DNA of 64,000 nt, taken from assembly GCA_910584475.1 (NCBI GenBank), contig CAJUBD010000009.1, forward strand, positions 8,866-72,865, given 5' to 3'. This DNA is from an uncultured Treponema sp. (lineage in GTDB: Bacteria; Spirochaetota; Spirochaetia; Treponematales; Treponemataceae). Made by a program: the position numbers and the translations under genes. The notes beneath the pieces are model-generated. The model saw only the letters and a program-made list of their open reading frames with translations. It ran no database searches and had not been told where the DNA came from. Of the stretch, positions 1-7,887 are shown piece after piece (positions within the stretch are counted from its first letter, which is position 1; the number at the start of each line of letters is the position of its first letter).

Positions 1-1708
1 GCCTGAGCCTTTCCTGCGGCAGGCGCCCGTGCCTCTTCCATGTCTCGAAGACCACGATGTCCGTTCCCACTTGTGTCGTCGGGAACACCCCTTCGGGAAG
101 CCTGTACGCGTCCACCAGCGCGCCGCTTTCGGCGATGATTTCTTTTTGGCGGTCGCCCGAGCCGTTCAAAAAGCCGCTCGGCACCACGAACGCGAGGATT
201 CCGTTTTCGTTGAGCGAGTCAAGGCCTCTCTTGATGAAGTATTCTTCGTGGCGGTCGAATTCCTTTCCCTCGCCCTTGCCCTTCCATTCGTTCGAGTACG
301 CGCCGTAGGGAGGGTTTCCGATTACGATGTCGTATTTGGGAAGTTCGGCGTTCGCGTAGTGGACGCGCCCCGTTTCGTCGAAGAACTGCGCCTGGAACGC
401 GCCATGTATGACGGTCGCGTTCGGGTGCAGGATTCTCGCGATTCGCGCGGATGTCTCGTCTATTTCCCGCAGCGTGAATTCCTTGTCGCCGTCGCGGTTC
501 TCGGCGAAGCGTCCGATTCCCGCCGTCGGCTCGAGCACGGTCCTCGCGTTCGGCGCGTAGTGCTCGGCGATTTTCCAGACGGCGTCGATGACGTTGCGCG
601 GCGTGTAGAACGCGTTCAGCACCTCGCTCGAAGTGCGCCCGTCCTCGCCCGCGATTCCGCCGCCGCCCTCGTACTGCGCGAGAATGTTCAGGAATTCCGC
701 ATTCGCCCTGATTTCCTCGTCCGTGTGGCCGCCGAGGATTTCCCTGCAATGCTCGCGGATGATGCGCGTTTGGCTCGGCGTGTGCCTCTCGTCGGGGAAC
801 ATCGTCTTTCTGTTGAATTCTTCCGTTTCTGATTGGACGGAATTTTCGGGCGTAGTTTCGGGCGTGGCGTTCGCGACTTCTTCCGCGGCTTTTTCTTCTG
901 CGTTTTCTTCGGGAGAGATTTTCTTCGTTGTTTCCGCTTGGTCTTTATCCGCTCTTTCCGCGACGATTTCCGCCGTCTTTTCTTTCCGTGGATTTTGTTC
1001 GTCAGGGGCCGGCTTCTCGGCTTTCCGTTCCTGCTCGGCGGGCGAGCCCTTCATCGCCGCGATTTTTCGGTCGAGTTCCGCCCGCCGCCTTATGAGTTCG
1101 GCGAGCTCGTCCACGGTGGTCTCATTGCCCGGATTTTCGGTTTCCCGCGTTCTTGGCATAAGATTTCCCATCCTTTCGTCGAGCGCGGCCTTGTCGGTCA
1201 GCCTTCCGCGCACGATGTCGTCCGCTAATTTGTACAAATCGTCGAATTCGATTTCTTCCGTGTTCCCGTACGCATAGTTTATCCCTTGCAGGATGACTTG
1301 CTTCACGAGATAGTGTTTCATTTCATAGCCATTCTCCCTTTCGATGGAATCGTCATAAAATTCTTTGGCGTCATCCAGCGCCTTGCCGAAGTCCAGCCTC
1401 CCGACCGAAAAGCCCAGCCTTTCATAGAATTCATTGTTGTAGGCGACCTCTTTTTCTTCTTCGTCGGGCATCCTTTCGGTTTCGTCGTTGTCCGCCATTT
1501 CTATCAGCCCGTTCGCGAACGCGATTGAGCCTTCGTTCTGGTACGCCCACCATTTCTGCTGCCTCTTGCTCCATTTGAAGCCCGCTTCCTTGATTTCCGC
1601 AAGCATTTCGTTCGTCATCGGTTTGTTGAACGTGATTTCAATGCCCTTCATCCGCGTGTTTATCGCTACGGAAAAATTCTTGTCCTTGTAGTCTCTCAGT
1701 TCCGTCAT
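1..1708 (-). CDS. Large polyvalent N6-adenine DNA methyltransferase protein (DarB-like), N-terminal part; runs off the window
   Basis: Not in the ORF track. Manual minus-strand translation from ATG 1708 (MTELRDYKD...) gives VLEPTAGIGRF (SAM-binding motif I), DIVIGNPPYG (motif IV) and LVDAYRLPEGVFPTTQVGTDIVVF. The N-terminus has GFKWSKRQQKWWA and an acidic linker. Confidence 0.85.
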   Translation of the reverse strand, partial: MTELRDYKDKNFSVAINTRMKGIEITFNKPMTNEMLAEIKEAGFKWSKRQQKWWAYQNEGSIAFANGLIEMADNDETERMPDEEEKEVAYNNEFYERLGFSVGRLDFGKALDDAKEFYDDSIERENGYEMKHYLVKQVILQGINYAYGNTEEIEFDDLYKLADDIVRGRLTDKAALDERMGNLMPRTRETENPGNETTVDELAELIRRRAELDRKIAAMKGSPAEQERKAEKPAPDEQNPRKEKTAEIVAERADKDQAETTKKISPEENAEEKAAEEVANATPETTPENSVQSETEEFNRKTMFPDERHTPSQTRIIREHCREILGGHTDEEIRANAEFLNILAQYEGGGGIAGEDGRTSSEVLNAFYTPRNVIDAVWKIAEHYAPNARTVLEPTAGIGRFAENRDGDKEFTLREIDETSARIARILHPNATVIHGAFQAQFFDETGRVHYANAELPKYDIVIGNPPYGAYSNEWKGKGEGKEFDRHEEYFIKRGLDSLNENGILAFVVPSGFLNGSGDRQKEIIAESGALVDAYRLPEGVFPTTQVGTDIVVFETWKRHGRLPQERLR

Positions 1709-1724
1709 TCCCTTTGCCTTGTTG

Positions 1725-1748
1725 AAAAAAAGGGCGGCAAGACCGCCC
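1725..1748 (-). terminator. Rho-independent terminator after the ArdC-like gene
   Basis: Minus strand reads GGGCGG-tcttg-CCGCCC followed by T7. Confidence 0.7.
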
Positions 1749-1760
1749 GGATAAAATTTG

Positions 1761-2675
1761 TCAGTGTGACATTTCCATTGCGATGGGGCGCAAAAAGTCA
1801 TCCTTTTCCTTTGTTTGCGCTTGTGCCTTTCGCTGCTCTTTTTTCAATTCCGAGTTCATCTGTCTCACGATTTCGGCGGACTTCTTGTCGGCGTTGAAGA
1901 GCAGGTTGTTGAGATTGCCGACGTCTTGTCTGAATTCGCCTTTCTTCGCGAACTGGTTGTCGAGCACCGCAGAGAGGTTCTTCTTGAATTCGGTCGCCAC
2001 CTCGGGGGTGCATTTCAGCAGCGACCGCGTCCTGCACGCGGCCATATATTTCCCCAAGTATTCCTCCGCGTCAGGAGACGTGATTTCGATCGTGCGGCGC
2101 GCAAGCCCGTTCCCGCCGTTCTCACGGCGCTCGCCCTGCGCGGCGGAAATCTTTTTGGACGCGGCCTCGATTACGCGCTCGGGATGCTCGGTCTGTTCGG
2201 GGAAGAAGAACTGCGTCGTCCCTATGCTTCCGTCCTCGCGCTTGAAGTTGTAGAAGAACCCCCTTTCGCCTGCCTTGATGCTGGTATGCGCCGCCTCGAT
2301 GCTGCTCTTCGTGGCGACGATCGTGGAGTAGTCGGCCGCAGGGTTGTTGTTTGCGACGATTTGGAGCAGAATCAGATCCTTCGCGTATAGGCAGAATCCG
2401 GTATTCGCGTTATAGATTGGGCGCGCGGCGATTTCGCCCTTCTCGTCGGGAAGAAACGGAGCTGTGCCGTTGTCCATCGCCTCGCGAATCATCTTGGCGT
2501 TATGGTAGGGAATCCAGTTGCCGGAGAATTTCCTCTCCGACACGCCGCTCTCGAACGGTCGCTCGGGATTGAGCTCTGTGGGCGTGGACTTTTGCTCCTG
2601 GGCGTTGGTTTCTGACGTTCGTTCGGGATTGAGTTCCGCAGGGGCGGAATTTCGTGAATTTGTTTGTGAAGGCAT
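1761..2675 (-). CDS. ArdC N-terminal-like (ssDNA-binding / anti-restriction) domain protein, divergent
   Basis: GTAPF..RPIYNANTG...L.LLQ...AT...IKAGERG resembles the ArdC-N pattern P.N..TG..Y...L.L...T...VKKGEKG. AGGAGG RBS. Short N-terminal repeat ELNPER x2. Confidence 0.5.
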   Translation of the reverse strand: MPSQTNSRNSAPAELNPERTSETNAQEQKSTPTELNPERPFESGVSERKFSGNWIPYHNAKMIREAMDNGTAPFLPDEKGEIAARPIYNANTGFCLYAKDLILLQIVANNNPAADYSTIVATKSSIEAAHTSIKAGERGFFYNFKREDGSIGTTQFFFPEQTEHPERVIEAASKKISAAQGERRENGGNGLARRTIEITSPDAEEYLGKYMAACRTRSLLKCTPEVATEFKKNLSAVLDNQFAKKGEFRQDVGNLNNLLFNADKKSAEIVRQMNSELKKEQRKAQAQTKEKDDFLRPIAMEMSH

Positions 2676-2908
2676 TATAAGTACCCTCCTTAAAAAAGAT
2701 TAGCGATTCTCCGCCGCACCCAATGCCCTAGGAGTTCCGAACTTGAGTGCATCTTGCAGAAAGCCGTAGGCGACCAACGGTCGCAATTCATACAATTTTC
2801 ATTTTGTAAGAATATCAATATATTAACATTCTTTCACTTTTAAGTCAATATTTATTTTTAATATATTTAAATATTGTTTTAATATGACATTTCTGTTATG
2901 ATATAGTT

Positions 2909-3382
2909 ATGAGGTACAACATAACAGTGCGGATTCCCCAGAATGCGAAAACTTCTTACACGCTTTTCGCACAAGGATTTAAGATTGCAGTGCCATGCAA
3001 GGAGGACAACGGGGAATTCGTCGAATTCAAATTCCTCGGAGAAACAGCAATAGCGTTGTTTTACACATTTGCGGAATTCCGAAGGGCATACATCGTTACT
3101 GGTTGGGAAAGCGTATCGGACGGCGAGAAGCTTTTTCTACCGGGAATCAACTCGCCGCTTTGCCTGATTCTCAAAGCGAAAGGACGAAAAATAGACGACT
3201 TGAAACATGCGCTTCGCTGGCTCGTCAAAGACGATGATTGCAAGGCTTTCAAGATGCCGCTTCTTTTCTGGCAACGACTTTCCGCCCTGATACTGAACGG
3301 CAGAATAAAAAAAATCGACGTGATGAGACTTTTGAAAAAATGTATGGAGGAAAAAAATGAACATAACCAAGGAACTTCTTGA
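2909..3382 (+). CDS. Hypothetical protein, possibly DUF2840-like ICE protein
   Basis: 157-aa ORF. LPGINSP..LIL...G.KI..L......P..FW..L loosely recalls DUF2840 of Tn4371-type ICEs. Confidence 0.35.
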   Translation: MRYNITVRIPQNAKTSYTLFAQGFKIAVPCKEDNGEFVEFKFLGETAIALFYTFAEFRRAYIVTGWESVSDGEKLFLPGINSPLCLILKAKGRKIDDLKHALRWLVKDDDCKAFKMPLLFWQRLSALILNGRIKKIDVMRLLKKCMEEKNEHNQGTS

Positions 3383-4079
3383 AAGTATGGGAATCGTTTC
3401 GATGTCGCTGTCAAACGGCAGGGAGGATTTTCTGTGCTTTCCTCGAAAAACCGACGGAAAGATGATGGAGTTTTCCATCTTAAATTCTGAAAGATTTTCA
3501 GCATGCGGAAATATGGAATTCAGAGCGGCATTGAAAACCAAAGAAAGCGTGAAAATTTGCGCGGCGGAAATTGAGGTGGAAGAATCGGGAGTGGACTGGT
3601 GCTTGGGAAGAGTTTCGAAAACTTTCAACGCGGAAATGGAAAAACTTCTCGAAAAATTTTCCGAAATGGAATATCGAGATAACAAATATGGTCGCAGAAA
3701 GGAAATACGAGTTCCAATAGGAAAAGGCAATTATGCGGCGTTTGGTCTTTCATCGCTGGAACAAACGCTTTTTATCACCGGTTTGAAATTCGCACAGCCA
3801 TGCGCTGTGATTGACGTTTCTATTCACGGAATCAAAATCATAACGACGGTCCGCACTAACGCCGTTTACAAGAATCTTGAAAATTTCAACATAAAAATTT
3901 CGTTTGTGAGTCCAAACGAAACCGCAATACTGAAAGCGCACAAGGTTCATTCCAAATTGGACAAGGCGGGTGAGAAATTTTTCGCCACATACTCCTGCCA
4001 ATTGCTCGAACCGATCCATCATGTATGGAAAGAGCGTGTGATAAAAATGATTGAGGTTTCGGAAACGCCCCGCCCTTGA
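3357..4079 (+). CDS. PilZ-domain protein (putative c-di-GMP receptor)
   Basis: RRKEIR (RxxxR) and IDVSIHGIKI (DxSxxG) motifs in the C-terminal half. GGAGG RBS. Confidence 0.7.
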   Translation: MNITKELLESMGIVSMSLSNGREDFLCFPRKTDGKMMEFSILNSERFSACGNMEFRAALKTKESVKICAAEIEVEESGVDWCLGRVSKTFNAEMEKLLEKFSEMEYRDNKYGRRKEIRVPIGKGNYAAFGLSSLEQTLFITGLKFAQPCAVIDVSIHGIKIITTVRTNAVYKNLENFNIKISFVSPNETAILKAHKVHSKLDKAGEKFFATYSCQLLEPIHHVWKERVIKMIEVSETPRP

Positions 4080-4133
4080 AATTATTTTCCGCTTGCAGTA
4101 AAATATGACAATATTTATTTTTCGGGGAACAAA

Positions 4134-4892
4134 ATGTTGAAAAAAGTGCCGGAAAGAATCACATACGCCCAAGAAAAGTTAATCGCGTTGATTGAGCAAA
4201 GGAAACTGCGCCAATGGTGTATGGACAACGCGCTCAACCATTCGGCGTTCTACAGAATCGCGCTCGGCGAGGCGCAGCCGACATACAGGACGGTCGCCTC
4301 GACATCGCATCTAATCGCGCCGATTGAATGGCTTTTCTTCACGGATGAAAAACTTCCATTCTCACCTAAGATTGTTCCACAATGGAATTGCGAGGACACA
4401 TGCGCTTTTGTCATAAAGCACAAGAACGACTACCGTGAGGTGGCGAAGCGATACGGAATAGGCGAGAACGCTATGTACAACTTGTGCGTTGCCCGCAGGA
4501 CGAAGCCCGGCTTGACATTCATACGTGAGTGTTGCAAGGATACGAATCCAATCGAATTCTTCACTGCCGGCAACATACGGGAAACCAAGATGTATGAGGA
4601 AGGCTTTTATCCAGACCGTGGCGACATAGTTAACATGCTTGAAAATCCAATCTTCGTGCTCTCGAAAAGGCAGTTCGCAAAAAAAAGCGGCAACATAGTA
4701 GGCTGTCCCGTCATAGCGCAAAGTGAAACTGGAATCGAGCTGAAAGGCTTGGCGACGAAGGGCTTCGTGGTATGCGAAGACCTTCGGACATTCACGCTCG
4801 GCGCACGTGCGCGACCGAAATTCATTGAGACCGCGAACGAAAAATTGATAGAAAAGACACTTTCTTCTGTGCGCAAAATTTTCGAGGACTGA
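4134..4892 (+). CDS. Tandem XRE-like HTH plus degenerate PemK/MazF-fold fusion protein
   Basis: Two HTH-like repeats, each ending in PIE(W/F). The C-terminus YPDRGDIV..PIFVLS..F.KKSG....CPV...G.V.CEDLRTF...AR..FIE follows the MazF/PemK pattern. Confidence 0.65.
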   Translation: MLKKVPERITYAQEKLIALIEQRKLRQWCMDNALNHSAFYRIALGEAQPTYRTVASTSHLIAPIEWLFFTDEKLPFSPKIVPQWNCEDTCAFVIKHKNDYREVAKRYGIGENAMYNLCVARRTKPGLTFIRECCKDTNPIEFFTAGNIRETKMYEEGFYPDRGDIVNMLENPIFVLSKRQFAKKSGNIVGCPVIAQSETGIELKGLATKGFVVCEDLRTFTLGARARPKFIETANEKLIEKTLSSVRKIFED

Positions 4893-5007
4893 CTTTTTTT
4901 TTCTTTTCCATAGTTTTTCCATGGTGGCTTTCGGAGAACCATACCGAGAGGTTCGTAGAATGCCGAACTCCCGTGGAAAAACTTGTGGGAAAGCGGTCTG
5001 AACCATT

Positions 5008-6888
5008 TCAAGCTTCTCTTGTCCCTCCTGTCAAATTGTCTGGAAGTCCATTTCGGGCAGTTTCTTTTTTCTTGTTTTGACTTTCATCGCTTGGGACATT
5101 TTCGCCGTTTTTCGACACGGAATCTGTTTCCACGCTTTCATGGGCAATTTTGCCTATGTCTATAGGGTCTCCGTTCGGGCTTTGGTAGTTTCGCCCGCTT
5201 TTGATTGTCTGCATAGGGCTCAACGCAGCGCCTGCATAATGGGAAATCATCCTGCCCGCTGTTCCCGCCACGCCGCCATTCTTTTGATAGTTTTGGAACT
5301 GTCTTTCTCTGACATTCTCTTTCGCCCTTGACGAAGCTGATTCTTTTGCGCTTGCGATTTCTTCTCCGTGTTCCTTTTTGTAATCATTCCATTTCGCGTT
5401 CGCCTCTTTTCTGCCCGCCCGAGTGGAAGTGTCTATTCCTTCCGTCGCCTTTTCCTTGAAATTGGATTCGACTTCTCTCTGCGCCGCCTTTCCGGCCGCG
5501 CTTCTTTGTTGCGCTTCTCCGACCTTCACTTTCGCCGCGTTCGCAAGTGGAGATGCGGCAGTGCCAGCGACATTCTTCATAGCCGCCGCAGTTCCCACGG
5601 CAGTGCCAACCGCCGCCATAAATTCACCCATCGAAAGTTGCGGCTGTCCCGTCAAAAGTGTCATAGCAATTTTCGGAGCGTTGGAAGTAAGCATAAATGA
5701 AAGCACGGTTGTGAACAGCACATTTGTTATAAGCACGAAATTCGTTCCGCCTCCACCAGGATTCAGTTGCTGGAATGCGAAGTCCAGCCACATATACATT
5801 ATGAAATTCAAGCAAATAGTTATGACTATTATTTTTATGAGAAAGCCGGTAAACACAGGAACGAGTTTTTTCGGCAAATCTTTTGTTCCGTCGAAAAGAT
5901 AGAATGGAATGAAGAACGCGCCGATTCCCTGTATTATCGCGAATTCAAGCAATGTCATAGTATATTGTATCGTGGCAAAAGCAACCGAAAGCACTATGCA
6001 CACTCCGCAGAAAAAGCCTATCGCTATATTTACCAGAAGTTCTATGGCAGCTCCTATCGAATCGCCTACGGCGGCGAAAGGATTCCTGAATTTGAATTTG
6101 CTTTTCCCTTCTTCGTTTTTAAGTTCCGCCTCATCTTCATCGCCAGTTTCCACAGAAACGCTCTGCTTGCATTTTTCAAATATGATTTGGGCGGTAATCA
6201 TGCCTATGTTCATAAGCTGCGATGGAGCGATAAAAGGAGTGTCGTTTCCCTTCTTGTCTTTAAGGTAAAGGCTCAGACTGAAATAGGCGTTAGTATAGTC
6301 GGTCGTAGGCTTTCCGTCCTTGTCCGTGGCCACAAGAACTTTTTCTATTGCCGCGAGCGTTCGAGCGCCCCACATAGATTGTTTCCCGTCTGAACGTCGG
6401 TCTCTCGCCTTGGATTCAGCCGCGTTCATTTTGTCCCTTGCGGATTCCGCGGAAAAGCCGTATCCACCAAGACCAATCTCATCATCACTGTCGCTTTTCA
6501 GCGGTGTCATCTGCACGACCATTTCGCCGCTTTCAAGCGAGTTAGAATTCAAGTCCTCCTTTATCCGCTTCGCGAGATTTCCGAAATTATCTGCGATGAC
6601 TTTCGCTCCGCCACCAGCACGTTCTCCAACTTGATTAGCAATCAGCATAATTCCGTTAGTCAATGGAACATAGCAATTAATTAGCAGAATGTATATGAGC
6701 CATTTGTATATGGTATCCCACAGCATTTCTTTGACACCAATTCGGGCGTTCACAAGCCTGAACGCGGTCCAAGTTAGTCCAATCGCTCCGATGACTGAGC
6801 CATATTTTCTTGCGAAAGAAAGAAACCATCCGAGCACGCCGCTAAAATACGACAGAGCCTCAATAATAGGTAAATCGAGCCATCCCAT
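5008..6888 (-). CDS. trbL: Type IV secretion inner membrane protein TrbL/VirB6
   Basis: Polytopic membrane core (TLLEF...F.IPF.LF, APKIA..L.TGQPQLS), Ala/Gly-rich tail, located after trbJ. Confidence 0.85.
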   Translation of the reverse strand: MGWLDLPIIEALSYFSGVLGWFLSFARKYGSVIGAIGLTWTAFRLVNARIGVKEMLWDTIYKWLIYILLINCYVPLTNGIMLIANQVGERAGGGAKVIADNFGNLAKRIKEDLNSNSLESGEMVVQMTPLKSDSDDEIGLGGYGFSAESARDKMNAAESKARDRRSDGKQSMWGARTLAAIEKVLVATDKDGKPTTDYTNAYFSLSLYLKDKKGNDTPFIAPSQLMNIGMITAQIIFEKCKQSVSVETGDEDEAELKNEEGKSKFKFRNPFAAVGDSIGAAIELLVNIAIGFFCGVCIVLSVAFATIQYTMTLLEFAIIQGIGAFFIPFYLFDGTKDLPKKLVPVFTGFLIKIIVITICLNFIMYMWLDFAFQQLNPGGGGTNFVLITNVLFTTVLSFMLTSNAPKIAMTLLTGQPQLSMGEFMAAVGTAVGTAAAMKNVAGTAASPLANAAKVKVGEAQQRSAAGKAAQREVESNFKEKATEGIDTSTRAGRKEANAKWNDYKKEHGEEIASAKESASSRAKENVRERQFQNYQKNGGVAGTAGRMISHYAGAALSPMQTIKSGRNYQSPNGDPIDIGKIAHESVETDSVSKNGENVPSDESQNKKKETARNGLPDNLTGGTREA

Positions 6889-6889
6889 A

Positions 6890-7858
6890 TCAATTCATCT
6901 CCATTCCCGCGCTGAATCTTGCGCCGTAGTCACTGCTGACGCTTTCGCTGATTTTTTCGCGTTCTACTTTGCTCGCGGCCTTCGCTTCTTCTTTTGACAT
7001 GTCGGCAAGCATCTTCTTCGAGGAAAGCCCTACTGCCTGACGCAAGGCTATTTTCAAGTCGGAAAGCTGTCCGCTCAGATTTCGCAGCAACATCATGCTC
7101 GCTTGCCCAACCGCACCTTCGGTCGGATTGCCGTCCGAATCCAATGTTTCCATCGCCGCGCTCACTATTGCATTCGTCTTAGCGTCTTCCTCCTCGACCT
7201 CCATTTGTTGCGCCGACTCCTCTGCAAACGCAATCGCATTTTCTATGGCGGTTTTTACTTGATTTTCGGTTTGAACCGCGAACCAAAAATTTCTCGGACT
7301 TATGCCATATTTTGCCATAATAGCCATCCCTTGTTCTGCCGTAACGCCTTTCACAGCCGCATCGGCGGCCGACTTCATATTGTCCGACATATAGCCGCAT
7401 AAATCCGCCGCCGCAGTAAAGACATCCTTGTTCTCATCGCCCATTCCGCACAAGTCCGCAAGCGAATAGCTGATGTTGCTTCCCGGAGCCCTTATGACGT
7501 TCGTAGTAAGAGCATTCCTTACCGTCCTTGCCTGAGTGAGCAAGCGGTTCACGCGCCTGTTCGCGTCGCGGATGTCGTTCCTGATGTCGAAATCGCCGTC
7601 GAAGCGAATGTTGTCCCAGTCAATCGATTTAGCCCTTTCCACGGCTTGCTGTATCGACCTGTATTGGTTCTCGATTTGCGTTATTGTGTTCATCACCATA
7701 TCGTAGTTGGCGTAAAGCGTGTCGATTGAAGTCATCCAGCTCGACAGATTCTGCATAAGGTTCGCGTTGTCAAAGACGGGATAGCCTTGCGATTCTGCCG
7801 AATATATTCCTAAAGCGAATATCGCCACAGCGACAAAAAGCGTTCTAACTTTTTTCAT
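6890..7858 (-). CDS. trbJ: TrbJ/VirB5-like secreted protein
   Basis: Signal peptide followed by GYPVFDNANLMQN and coiled coils. Lies between trbE and trbL. AGGAG RBS before ATG 7858. Confidence 0.75.
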   Translation of the reverse strand: MKKVRTLFVAVAIFALGIYSAESQGYPVFDNANLMQNLSSWMTSIDTLYANYDMVMNTITQIENQYRSIQQAVERAKSIDWDNIRFDGDFDIRNDIRDANRRVNRLLTQARTVRNALTTNVIRAPGSNISYSLADLCGMGDENKDVFTAAADLCGYMSDNMKSAADAAVKGVTAEQGMAIMAKYGISPRNFWFAVQTENQVKTAIENAIAFAEESAQQMEVEEEDAKTNAIVSAAMETLDSDGNPTEGAVGQASMMLLRNLSGQLSDLKIALRQAVGLSSKKMLADMSKEEAKAASKVEREKISESVSSDYGARFSAGMEMN

Positions 7859-7887
7859 AAATTTCTCCTGTGCAAGATTGTTGTTTT

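Noticed and set aside
29..1691. Long + strand ORFs (29..832, 633..1277 and others)
   Set aside because: They are antisense shadows of the minus-strand MTase gene, which carries the real motifs. The same applies to many long overlapping ORFs elsewhere, e.g. 11398..12384, 13071..13952, 37580..38578 and 61849..63201.
2750..2757. Alternative nic site CATCTTG^C
   Set aside because: It is far from the relaxase and has only a weak adjacent IR; the 28574 site fits better.
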